A stretch of DNA of 64,000 nucleotides from Macrostomum lignano (taxonomy: Eukaryota). The DNA lies in contig NIVC01002390.1 in NCBI GenBank assembly GCA_002269645.1, forward strand, positions 2,652-66,651. Direction: 5' to 3'. Under the pieces are notes generated by a model, which was given only the letters and a program-made list of their open reading frames with translations, was not told the DNA's origin and did not search any database. Below, one piece after another: positions 1-10,811 of this stretch. Made by a program: the position numbers and the translations under genes. Position 1 is the stretch's first letter, and the number at the start of each line of letters is the position of its first letter.

Positions 1-155
1 ACCCCCCCCCAAGCACGCCAACCCCCAAGCACGCCAACCCCCAAGCACGCCAACCCCAAGCACGCCAACCCCCCAAGCACGCCAACCCCCAAGCACGCCA
101 ACCCCCCAAGCACACCAACCCTACAAGCACGCACCAACCCCAAAAGCACGCCAAC
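1..155. repeat. minisatellite, ~16-18 bp unit (aacccccaagcacgcc)
   Basis: About 8 tandem copies, truncated by the window edge. Confidence 0.9.
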
Positions 156-852
156 CACCCCCTCCAAGCATAAAAAATGTATTGTCTCAATGCGATTGTT
201 TCCTTCTAAACTTTAACCATTATTGAACAGATGAATTCTTTGCTCATCAAAGAATTTACTCTGCTGGAAATTTAGGAGTGAAAAGTAGGCCAGACTGCAA
301 CCTGACAGTAGTAGTTTTTTTTCCAAACAGAACTGCAGCTGCCGAGGAAACAGGAAGTGTAGCGTGCTTAGCGCTTCGATGTAGCGAGTGCTGAGCTGAA
401 TTCATTTCCGCCTCAAAAAAATCGATTCAATAGACTGTTGCCTTGGCGCATGCGGCCTCACATAGACTGATTATGCAGCTTTCTGTTCTGCAGCCTGACA
501 ATACCCTGTCACAACTGACTTTGCATTATTATTCAAACTAATTTTTATATACAAGGTGTTGGGCATGGTGTCTGAGTTCCCCTAGCATAGGACGGCTTTC
601 TGTGTTCGTCAGATATTGTTTGCATTTTGTCCCTTAACTGTTGAGAATAGAGAAAACCTTATACGGAGTAGTAATAGATTCTTCCCATTTTCATTTGTCA
701 ACAACGCAAGTAAGACTGGTATAATGCATAGTAAACAATGATTTTTCCGGTTCTGCGAATAACAGATTATTCTTTAAATGGTCTCAGATTTGGAACTGTG
801 CTTCCTGACTCGCTGTGTTCTCAGATTATTTATTTGAGATAATGAACTTCTC

Positions 853-1263
853 AGCCCTCCGAGTCTCCCCCTCCCAAGTCTCCCCCTCCGAGTCTCCCCC
901 TCCGAGTCTCCCCCTCCGAGTCTCCCCCTCCGAGTCTGCCCCTCCAAGTCTCCCCCTCCGAGTCTCCCCCTCCGAGTCTGCCCCTCCGAGTCTGCCCCTC
1001 CGAGTCTCCCCTTCGAGTCTGCCCCCTCTGAGTCTCCCCCTCCGAGTCTCCTCCTCCAAGTCTGCCCCTCCGAGTCTCCCCTTCCGAGTCTCCCCCTTCG
1101 AGTCTCCCCCTTCGAGTCTCCCCCTTCGAGTCTCCCCCTCCGAGTCTCCCCCTCCGAGTCTCCCCGTCCAAGTCTGGCCCCTCCGAGTCTGCCCCTACGA
1201 GTCTCCCCCTCCGAGTCTCCCCCTCCGAGTTTCCCCTCCGAGTCTCCCCCTCCAAGTCTCCCC
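853..1263. repeat. minisatellite, 14-bp unit (ccgagtctccccct)
   Basis: About 29 tandem units; explains ORFs 815..1321, 826..1059 and 851..1255. Confidence 0.95.
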
Positions 1264-1714
1264 CGGAGCCTGCAACTTCGAGCCTTCGGCCTCAGAAGGT
1301 TCGCTCTGTTTACAGTGCTGACTCAGTGCAGTTCACAGAACATTTTTTATTCAAACCAACCGTCTGTCTGACTCCAACTCTCTCTGCTTCGTCCGTTTCG
1401 ATCCAAGAGTACACGTCCACTGTTTCGCCCTGTCTTCCTTCCCTTCTGGCCTCCCTCCCGCTGTCCGGGGGATCAGTCTCCCAGACTCCACTTTTTCCCA
1501 AAAAAACTGAGGAACCGCTCGTGACTGCGCAAACATTTGCTTTGCTCAGAGGAAAAAAAGAGAAAAGAAGAAAAATCGAGAGGGGGAACGGCTTTCGGCG
1601 CTTGCCGTCGGGCTGCTTGGGATGCACCGCGAACCAATGACTGATCACTGAGACAAAAGAGTACCACTCTAGAGCTCTTGACTGCTGCTGAAACTGAAGG
1701 AAGCCGGCTGATCG

Positions 1715-1720
1715 GAGAGA

Positions 1721-1757
<37 letters not shown>
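1715..1757. repeat. (GA)n microsatellite
   Basis: Directly visible. Confidence 0.95.
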
Positions 1758-1758
<1 letters not shown>

Positions 1759-2286
1759 AGAAGAGGCGCTCAGAGAATGCCGGAAGTGCTCCATATTTCC
1801 TTGAAACCCGGCAGTTCTCACCGACTATAACCCAAGCAGATCGGCTGTGGGCAGCGGCTCCGCAGTTCAGAGTCCGCAATTGTGATAAATGAACTCCGAG
1901 CGACTCCACTTTCTGGCGATTCGGAATATAAAAAAGACCAGAAGGAACGACCGGCTTTCTGTCCATTTCCATTTTCCCTTTCCAGCCTGACTCAGGCGCC
2001 AAGGCAGGGAGAAGAGGCTGCCGGAGTCTGGGGAGATTCCTCAGGCCTTCACAGGATTTGCTAGCCAGATTTTGGGACAGAAGTTGTGTTTCCCCACTCA
2101 AATTCTTCCCACTTTCTCTCACTCGCTGGCCTGGCGACACCTTTAAATTGCTTGGCAACTCCCCGTCCCCACATGCCGGCAGTTGGCAGGCGAGTTCATC
2201 TCAACTCCGCTGGCTTCGGCAGATCTCGGCAGTCGCAGCAGCAAAAGCAGACAAAGGCAGACAAAAGCAGAGAAGGAGGAGGCGCA

Positions 2287-2334
2287 ATGTCGCTAGCAGA
2301 CTACATCGGACACCGGCGCGACGCCCAGAAAAAG
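2287..2334 (+). CDS. candidate first coding exon (MSLADYIGHRRDAQKK)
   Basis: gcaATG start followed by AAG|GTATGC donor at 2335, after a GC-rich leader. Downstream partner exons are unresolved. Confidence 0.3.
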
Positions 2335-3154
2335 GTATGCCAGGATGCGCATTCGTACCTGCTTGCTTGGAGGGATCCTATAAAAGCATCTAGATCGATC
2401 AAATTTGTCCTGTTTCTAAGAAAATATACAAAATATGTTTTTTAACTATGAAACTATAAGAATATTCATTCTAAATACAAACTAGAGTCTCAATGCTTAC
2501 AAATTCGGTTACCTTATTTTGTCGTAAAGTACAGCAAGCTATAAAGACAGACAACTGTCAAGAGGTGACAGCTAAGCCCCCCTAGGCCGTTCTGCTGTTA
2601 TCTGATTAAATTTATTGAGTCCTCGCATACGTAGGCGTGCTGAAACAGAGACAAGGCGAGCACTTGGATTTGATTAAATCTGATTTTCGCGAGTGTACAT
2701 TAGTCAATGCGTGTGACAATCGTGTGGATTGCAATTTTATGTCGATGCAATGTTTTTGCAATTTTCCTGCTTTAAAATTGATCGAATCGATTAGAATCTT
2801 ACGCTTCTTTTCCGCTGAAGTCCTGAAGAAGGCGAGGGCATATTTTTTTCCACCTTTTTAGGATAAATTATATAAATACTCGCCATCCTGTCACCCCCTG
2901 TGATAACAGGTTTTTAAGCTTCATCTGCAGACGGATTTAATGGCTTTTGCATTAATGCTAAAATCATTAGACGTTTTTTATCACTTGTGCCTCCGTTTCA
3001 CGGGTACAAGTATTATACAAGAGGGGCTGCACATTAAGGTTTTTAACAGGCATTTGGTTTCTGTTTTTTTCATTTTAGGCGTTGCTAAAATATCTGAAAA
3101 AGCACTGCCGAAAGCCTCCGCTTAAGCTGGTTTTGTGTAACACTTTTTTTCAAC

Positions 3155-3568
3155 GCCTATGGTCTACCCCAGCCCCATCCCACTCTGGCTAAAGCATAGT
3201 GTACGTCGTAGTTCTTCAACTCCAACCTTTTTAGCCCCAACCCACTCTGGTTAAAGTAGTGTATACAGTTCTTCAACTCCTACCCCTCTAGCCCCACCAC
3301 TCTGGCTAAAGCATAGTGTACAGTTCTTCAATCCGTACCCCTCTAGCCCCACCCACTCTGGCTAAAGCATTAGTGTACAGTTCTTCAATCCTACCCCTCT
3401 AGCCCCACCCCACTCTGGTTAAAGCATAGTGTACAGTTCTTCAATTCTTACCCCTAGCCGCACCCCACTCTGGCTAAATTATTATGTACAGTTCTTCAAT
3501 TCCTACTCTCTAGCTCCACCCCACTCTGGCTAAAGCATAGTGTACAGTTCTTCATCTCCTTACCCCTC
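3155..3568. repeat. minisatellite, ~55-58 bp unit (ccactctggctaaagcatagtgtacagttcttcaa...)
   Basis: About 7 tandem copies ending at ctaatcag, an acceptor-like site. Confidence 0.9.
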
Positions 3569-3771
3569 TAATCAGGTGTGGTGGGGATTGAAGGTTTTAA
3601 ATTGAACAACTGTATACTCATGCTGTGGCCATAATGGGACAAGAGGGGTGAATTATGAGTGTGCATTTCCTCGACACTACTTTCTTGACATCGGGCATGT
3701 AACTGGGCCCTTTCATCCAACACAATGCATTCACGCAGGCCGAGGAAGACTTCAAGCGGACCAATCCAACT

Positions 3772-5100
3772 GTGAAGAAGATGCGCCTTCGCGGCAACTG
3801 GGTGGTGCCAGAAGGCTACGCCGCCAACCAGACACCAACAACGCAGCCGCGACTCCAGCGACAGCAGACGACTGTGTCGACAAGGACGGCGGCAATAGCT
3901 GAGACAGTTCAATCGGAGTCAAGACAGCTACAGCAACAGAAGTCGACCGCGGAGCAGAAGGGGCAGACAAATTCACCAGCTAAAAGTAACAGTAAAACCA
4001 TTCAAGTTCAGGAGGAGCAGAAGCTGAATCTGTCAAACAATCGAAATGCCGATACGAAAGCAACAGCAGCGACTGCAGTGGCTACCAGCAAAACGAATGA
4101 GCAGGTAGCAAGCACAACGGTGTCACAAAAGCAGTCCGAGCAGATGAAGGCCGCTGCTAAAGCTGTATCGGTCGAAGAAAAAGTCAACAAAAGCAGCAGT
4201 AGCGACTCGAGAAGAACGGATAGAAAAGCTACCGAGGAAAGGCAGGAGTCGAGCAAGGCGTCTAAGACTAGCGCTGCCGTTGTTGCTGCAGTCGCCACCA
4301 AGTCTGAGATCAGAGAAGCTGAGAATGGCAATTCTAATAAGGCGACAACCTCTGCTCAAAAGAGTAATTCAGTTGAAAAGCTATCTTCAGCTGAAAAATT
4401 CGTCAGCTCGGTCAAGAAGAGCGAAGTGCAGAAGAACACGGACTCAAGCAGCAGTACTAAGGATACTAAAATTGAAAATCACAAGACTGCAATTGCAGTT
4501 GCTGCTGAAAGAGCATCTAACAATGAGAGCAGAAAAGTATCTAGCAAGCAATTCCAAAATAAGAGTCACACGAGCGACTCCAAAACCGTAGGGAAGGTTG
4601 AGAAACAGTCCACGGAGAGGGCTGAAGACGTCAAGAAAACAAAGAGTAGTAAACGCGAGTCAACCAATCACCTGGACAGCACAGTCACAGCAGCTGTCAG
4701 CAGTCACAGCAGCAAAGATTCAGTTGACAATTCTGTCAGCAACAAGGCGAGCACCCAGGAGAAAGCAACGACAAGCAAACAGTCATCGAAGGTGGACGAG
4801 CTCAGCGTAAGTCACGAGGCAGTGGCCACGGCGACAAAGCAATCTAAATCTGTCCAGGAGAGTGAGACCAAGCATCTCGGACCCCTGATTGAGATGTTGG
4901 ATTCCAATGTGGAGAAGCAGTTGAGCAGCCTGCTCGACGGCTCCAGCGAAGGCGACTCGGATCCCAAATACGAGGCCACGATGAAGAAGATTCTGGACCA
5001 GGGATTTCAAAACGAAGTGGATGCTTTCTTAACCAGCACTGGCTACGAGTCGGGTGGGAAGTTTTTTGAATCGTGCAAAGAACTTGCCAAGGAACTTTGA
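3772..5100 (+). CDS. uncharacterised Ser/Lys/Thr/Ala/Glu-rich low-complexity protein (probably terminal exon) with ~75-aa helical-looking C-terminus
   Basis: 442-codon non-repetitive ORF with a biased composition typical of disordered proteins; no family recognised. The frame is closed upstream by TAA at ~3697. Confidence 0.55.
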   Translation: MKKMRLRGNWVVPEGYAANQTPTTQPRLQRQQTTVSTRTAAIAETVQSESRQLQQQKSTAEQKGQTNSPAKSNSKTIQVQEEQKLNLSNNRNADTKATAATAVATSKTNEQVASTTVSQKQSEQMKAAAKAVSVEEKVNKSSSSDSRRTDRKATEERQESSKASKTSAAVVAAVATKSEIREAENGNSNKATTSAQKSNSVEKLSSAEKFVSSVKKSEVQKNTDSSSSTKDTKIENHKTAIAVAAERASNNESRKVSSKQFQNKSHTSDSKTVGKVEKQSTERAEDVKKTKSSKRESTNHLDSTVTAAVSSHSSKDSVDNSVSNKASTQEKATTSKQSSKVDELSVSHEAVATATKQSKSVQESETKHLGPLIEMLDSNVEKQLSSLLDGSSEGDSDPKYEATMKKILDQGFQNEVDAFLTSTGYESGGKFFESCKELAKEL

Positions 5101-5436
5101 GCTCGCGTCACGCGCCTGCCGGTGAAAAACAACAACATTAAGCCTACGGGGTTATTCCGTGTGGTCCTTTTTTACATTATTATATATATATTTCTATATA
5201 CATTACCAAAAATAATTACCTAAGCCTCGCAGCTTTGCTTTCAAACCTTAAATTGTCTCTGAATTTTCTGATCCTATGTATAATTTTGCCTGCTTTGTAA
5301 CAATATTGACAATATTTTTCTTAAATAATCTTCCTCAAACAGTTCGGAGTCTCTTTCAGTTCGTCTGAATATACGAGTAAAATATCCTCGTACACCTCTG
5401 GCTGTGGGACTGTCTCAAAAAAGCTAGCCTTCACAA

Positions 5437-8400
5437 TTTTTAATTTTTGAGGCTGTGTGCTTGACTTACTTGACTTACAGCAGGGCTGTCCCGGGGGGGG
5501 GAAGGCGCGAACGCCCATCCCGCTAATCCCTGAACGGCCGACGCGTCGCAAAGGACGAAGGGTTGGCGCCGCCCAGGGAGGTCCCCAGAGTCGCCAGCAG
5601 CTATAGTGCTCTCTGGAAAGGAGAGTTCAGCCCTGCGGGTGGCCCGGAGGTAGCGCATGAGCTGATTAAAGTTTTCGGGTTTGCACGCTTCAGTAATAGA
5701 TGTGTGTGGCCCGAGGTAAGTGAGTCTGGCTCGCGTAAAGGCGGGACAGATGCTGACGAAATGCTCAGCGGTTTCGTCACCTGAGTTACAGAAACTGCAG
5801 ATGGCGTTGGTCGCGTTGCCCTGCAGGTACTGGTGCCTAGAGAAGCAGTCGTGACCTGAGAGGGTCATGGTGGCAGCCCGGATGTCTCTGCGCGAGAGGC
5901 GCAAGAGGAGCTTTCGGAGCTGGTGAGAGGGCTGAGGGACAGCGCCTCTAGATTGTCTGCAGGTAGTGCAGTTCGCTTTAGTCGAGCGGTGCTGGGTCCT
6001 AATCCACGCTTTGATGCGCGAGTCGATGACAGGAATCGGGACAAAGGGTTTGGGACCGAGAGAGGAGCCGGAGGCACCAACTTTTGCAAGGGCGTCAGCC
6101 AATTAATTTCCTCGGATCCCCATATGCCCCAGAACCCACTTAAGGGTGATTTTGTTGGTGGAGCCCAACATGTTGAGGAGTTTGATACAGTCGAGGACTG
6201 TAGCAGAATTGGTACTACAGCCACTGATGGCGTGCAAGGCAGCTTGGCTGTCCGAATGGAAAATGATATTCTTGCCGGTTACGCCAGTGGCGAGAAGCTG
6301 ATGGCGAGAACTTCATTTTGGAAGACACTGGAGTTGACCCTAGTGTACTGAGCGTGGGTTGCGATGACCCTCCCGTTCAGGAAGATTCCAACACCAAAAC
6401 CGGTGTTGGCTGACTGCTTAGAACCGTCGGTGTAGCAATGAAGCTCACCAGGGTTCCAGTGGTCATTGATGGTATCGCGCGAGTCGATAGCTACGGAGTA
6501 GCGTTGTCTCAGGTTGAGCGTTGAGGCAATGCCATCGGTGAAGACGCGATTGGCCTGACATTCGTTGAGAATGTTGAGGCACAGGTCGCTATGCGGGACA
6601 AGGTTCCGCTTAGCAGGTGCCCTCATGTAAAGGAATTTGACACCGGCGTCAAGTAAACGCCGCGTCGTTCTAGCCGCCTCACCCCTGACGAAGAGGTCGA
6701 GAGGCGGTAGATTAAGGAAGGCCCCCATGCCGGCAAAGGGTGTGGACCTGGTGGCGTTGCAGATAAGCCTACACGCTCTGCCCTGGATCGTGTTGAGCAA
6801 ATCTGCATAGCTTTTGACCTGGGTAGCGCTAACCCAGACAACCGAGGCGTACGTAATGGCAGGTCTAACTACGGAAGTGTAGATCCACCAAAGCCGCTTT
6901 GGGGATAGACCCCAAGAAGTGCCAAGTGCTCGTCGGAGCTGGGCCAGGATGGCTGAGGCACGCTTGGCTTTTGCTTTCACGTGAAAGGACCAGTTGAGCC
7001 GGTGGTCAAGTATGACCCTGAGACATCTGGTCTGGTGCGCGAAAGCAATATCTCTGCCGTAAAACTGCAGAGGTCGTATGTTCCAGCGTATTCTGCTGGT
7101 GAACATAATGGCAACAGTTTTGGGCTCAGGGAGTTCCAGACGGTTGTCATTGGCCTAGGATTCTGCTTTGCGGATAAAGCTCTGCATCAGATCCCTGAGC
7201 GTGCTGGGGGATGGCCCTGCCACAATGGCCGTGACGTGTCGTCAGCATACCCGACTTTGAAGACGGGATCAGGTCGGGAGTCGCCCAGAAGAGCGTCCAT
7301 GACCAGGTTCCAGAGCGTCGGGGTGAGGACTCCCCCTTGGGGTCCACCCTTACAGACTCTGGCGGAGGCAGTTTGCCCAAGAAGTTGGGCAGTGACCGTA
7401 CGGTTAGAGATCATGTACATGATCCACCGTATGAGGGTAGCGTGAGCTTTGCGGTTTTGAAGGGCCCTCTGAAACGCTTCAAAGATAACGTTGTCGAAGG
7501 CGCCAACAATGTCGAGAAAAAGAGCCAGGGCGTAACCGTCACCCAGTACCGCCCGTTCAATCTTCTCGACTATCGCATGCAGGGCGCTGTCAGTCGACCT
7601 CCCGGTACAGAAGGCGTGCTGATTATTGCTGAGGGGCATTGCTGTCAGCTCGCAAGAAAGCAGCCGCCAGAGAATAAGCCTCTCAGTGAGCTTAAGCATT
7701 GCTGACGTTAAGCTAATTGGCCTAAAGGCCTTGACGCTCTGGTAGTCACCCTTCCCAGGTTTGGGAATGAAGACTACTCGAGCTTCGGTCCAGCACTTGG
7801 GAACGTATCCCAGCTGGATAGAGGCCCGCATGAGATTGCGGGTAAGTCTCAAGAACGAGGGTATCTTGGCTGCTTCACGAAGAAGAACAGGGTAGATACC
7901 ATCAGGTCCAGGAGATTTGAAGGGCTTGAAGGTTCTGACCGCATGAGCGATTAAATCTTCAGTGATAATGCCCGCCGCTAGGATGGCTCCATCCATCGAA
8001 TGGTAGGGTTCCGATCTAGCAGTGGGTACCCTCGGGAAGAATGTGTTGAGCATATGCTGAAGCACTTCTTCAGGGTCTTTAGTAAGAGAGCCATCATCTT
8101 TTCTGATCATGGCTAATTTGGACATTTTGTCCATTGTAAGGGCCTTGACAAGCCTAGAAGTAGGTCTGTCTTGATCCAACTCATTGCAGAATTGGCGCCA
8201 TTTACATTCCTTGGCCTTGCGCACTTCAGATTTGAAGTTGCGGGAGGCTTGTCGGAAAAGCTCCATGTCCTCCGGGTTTCCGGTCTTCATGGCACGGCGC
8301 TGAAGGCTTTTGGCCTTCCGCCTGAGTTTCCCCAGCTCCGGGTTCCACTACGGCGCCGAGGTCTTGCCTTTGTAGGCACGGACAGGGCGGGCCGCTTCAT

Positions 8401-8922
8401 AGGCTGCAATAATGCAACCTGTCAGCGTCTCAGCCGCATGGTCCACATCCTCGCAGGTCTCAATCGAACGTAAGTCCAAGAGTTCCTGCAGGTGCAGATC
8501 AAGGGTAGCCTTATAGGCTGCCCAATCAGTGTTGCGGATGTTACGCCTCCAAGTGATCGAGGACTGGTGTTTAGTGTCCGCGATGTTAAAGGCGATAAAG
8601 CAGTGGTCAGACAGGGAGGGCACCTCAGACCAGACTCTCCACTCCTCAACTCTGTCAGAGTCTTGGGGTAACGAGTGTGGTATCGAGGACCTCAGTTCAT
8701 CTGCCATTGTTAAAGGTAGGAGTGCTACCGCGGTTGCAGAGCATAAGATTTGTATTAGAGATAAGGGCCAGAAGCTCCTCCCCTCTAGTATTGGTGTCTT
8801 TGCTGCCCCAGTGCTTATGGTGTGCGTTGAGGTCGCCCCCTAAGCACAGCTCAGCGTTCTGGGACTCGCAGTACTGCGCAAGGTGCAGTAGACTCTCAGG
8901 TGCAGCGAGTGTACAGCGGCCC
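5437..8922 (-). mobile_element. 5'-truncated, degenerate non-LTR retrotransposon (LOA/R1-group-like): APE C-half, RT, RNase H, CCHC knuckle
   Basis: Minus-strand motifs: APE GGDLNAHHKHWGS..NTRG (~8840) and SLSDH; RT FKSPGPDG, FRPISL, FLDIVGAFD, PQGGVLTP.LWN, YADD (~7250); RNase H YTDGSK, QNEVLAI, HSDSQAAL, WVLGH.GIRGN*LAD; C-terminal CSFC..DETAEHFVSIC. At least 3 frameshifts and 4 nonsense codons. The 3' end has (GTAAGTCAA)2 and an A-rich tail. Confidence 0.95.
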
Positions 8923-9012
8923 TAACTTTATTTATCATTATAGGCATGTACACTTCACTGTGCCTTGGCGGTTGGCCCTCAAGGGCGTTAAGACCACTGG
9001 GCTACGTGCCTG
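8923..9012 (-). mobile_element. internally deleted tRNA-type SINE fragment fused 5' of the LINE
   Basis: A-box-like CGTAGCCCAGTGGTC joined to TTAACGCCCTTGAGGGCCAACC..GGCACAGTGAAGTGTACATG; both blocks are shared with the SINE at 45365-45665. Confidence 0.65.
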
Positions 9013-9398
9013 AGCCTTCACAACATCCTGACTAGCTGACAAAAGAAAACCGAAAAACCAGCAAATGCGTACACAGAACACTATGCGTTTCTATACTTGT
9101 GGTAGATTGTTTCGGATATAGCTGAGACATTTAATGGTATACTGTACATGTATATGTGTATACTCGACGTGTATACGAGATTATTAATTGTCATTGTCAC
9201 TATGATAAAATCAATCGATCCCAATTCAGTACTAATTAATAACAGTACAATTACACAAATTCATAAACAAATTCATAAATTAAGAAACAGCCTAGGTATG
9301 TAATTAGTTTATAAGCATGTATAATATGTGCGTATATATACTTATGGACAGGTCAGTTTTTGTAGTCCGTTATGATGTGAATGATGTATGTATATGAA

Positions 9399-9589
9399 CA
9401 GTAGCGCAACCAGAAATTTTTCAAGGGGGGGGGGCGGATTCTGAGGGTAAAGTCCCGGGAGGGGGGGCGGCGGAGGGGTGGCTCTGTTTTTGGCGAAAAT
9501 TCGCTTGGTCCCCCCTTTGATTTTTTTCGGTCCCCCGCCTAAGGGGGGGGGGCGACCGCCCCCCCCTGCCCCCCCTGGTTGCGCCACTG
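9399..9589. mobile_element. 191-bp MITE, hAT-like
   Basis: 15-bp TIR CAGTAGCGCAACCAG / CTGGTTGCGCCACTG (14/15 match); perfect 8-bp TSD TATATGAA (9391-9398, 9590-9597). Confidence 0.9.
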
Positions 9590-10811
9590 TATATGAATGA
9601 ATTCATATATATATAATATATATGAATATATACTGTATGTATATATGTAAAAATATATCCAACAGGTACATGTAGTACTTATGAATCTTATTGACACGTA
9701 CACTCTTGAATCTTGTGACACTTTTGAATCATGATACTGGGCTGCTTAGCTAAGTGTCTAATGTTGACTGGGACGCAAGCGGTAGGCTTGGCAAACATCG
9801 GTCAGAAAATTAGTCGGCTAAAAAATTGGGTACACTCTCCAGCTATAGGTGGATACATGTATAGATAGACACATGCAATTCATGTAAAGACTGTACATGT
9901 AGATGCGTCCTTAAGCAGCTTAAACATCAGGGAAAAGTACGTACATGTATAAGTAACTGCTCATCAGTACTGTGGCACCACCTGGAACACTTCCACGTTC
10001 AAAACAAAAGACTCATGAGACTGTCATTTTTTGCACAATCATATAATGGCTGCAATATGAAGTCTCCAGCTTTTCAAATTTTCAAAATACTAAGTTTATA
10101 TGTAAACATGCATGCATGCCATGTCCATACATGTTATGTATATCCAGTACTAGGCTGCTGCATGCAGCATGCCAGTTATAAATTTTATCTTCGCGCTCGC
10201 ATTACAGCTAGCCATCTGACGGACCTTGACTGACTATCTTTGTCTTCTAGTCAGTCTTTTTTTTTCTTTTATCATTTTCTGACTAGCAAATGCACATTTT
10301 TTCAATTGGCTAGCTGCACACTCGTAGTAAGAAGGCCTGTGAAACTTACACTGGGCATCAATAACTTTTTACAATTTATCCGATATAGATTAATAAGTAG
10401 ACACAAAAATGGACTCAAGGACGACTTATAAAACACTTTAGATCTCCTTTTCGAACAAACTGAAGATTGTATACAGTTGAGATAAATTTTACTTAAAAAC
10501 TGTAACGGTAAAATAACGGAGTGTATAATAACGACTGACAGCTTTTCAAACGAAAAGGTTCGTAGAAATATAACTTTTGTACAGGTCTGAGACTCTGAGG
10601 TCGGTCAGTGCGCGTGGCAGTGGTAGGCCTATCACATCTTTCCTTCTGCAGGTTGAGAATACTGGTGGACCTAAAATTCTCGTTTCGCCACATTATTCCG
10701 CCTGCGTCAATGATTATTTTAAAAGATTAAGCAACCAATCTGTAACTTCTGTGACCAGTGACCAGTGGTAGTTTCATTGTAGAATAACATATTGAAAATA
10801 TTAAAATAGCC

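Noticed and set aside
1310-2158. 282-aa minus ORF
   Set aside because: It crosses a (GA)n microsatellite, has no recognisable motifs, and more likely represents GC-rich leader or promoter sequence.
3076-3159. Small inverted repeat TAGGCGTTG/CAACGCCTA as a MITE
   Set aside because: Only 9 bp, with no TSD and no second copy.
5440-8925. Intact or active retrotransposon; plus-strand ORFs 5923..6351, 6981..7445, 8529..8843
   Set aside because: The element is 5'-truncated with several stops and frameshifts; the plus ORFs are antisense shadows.
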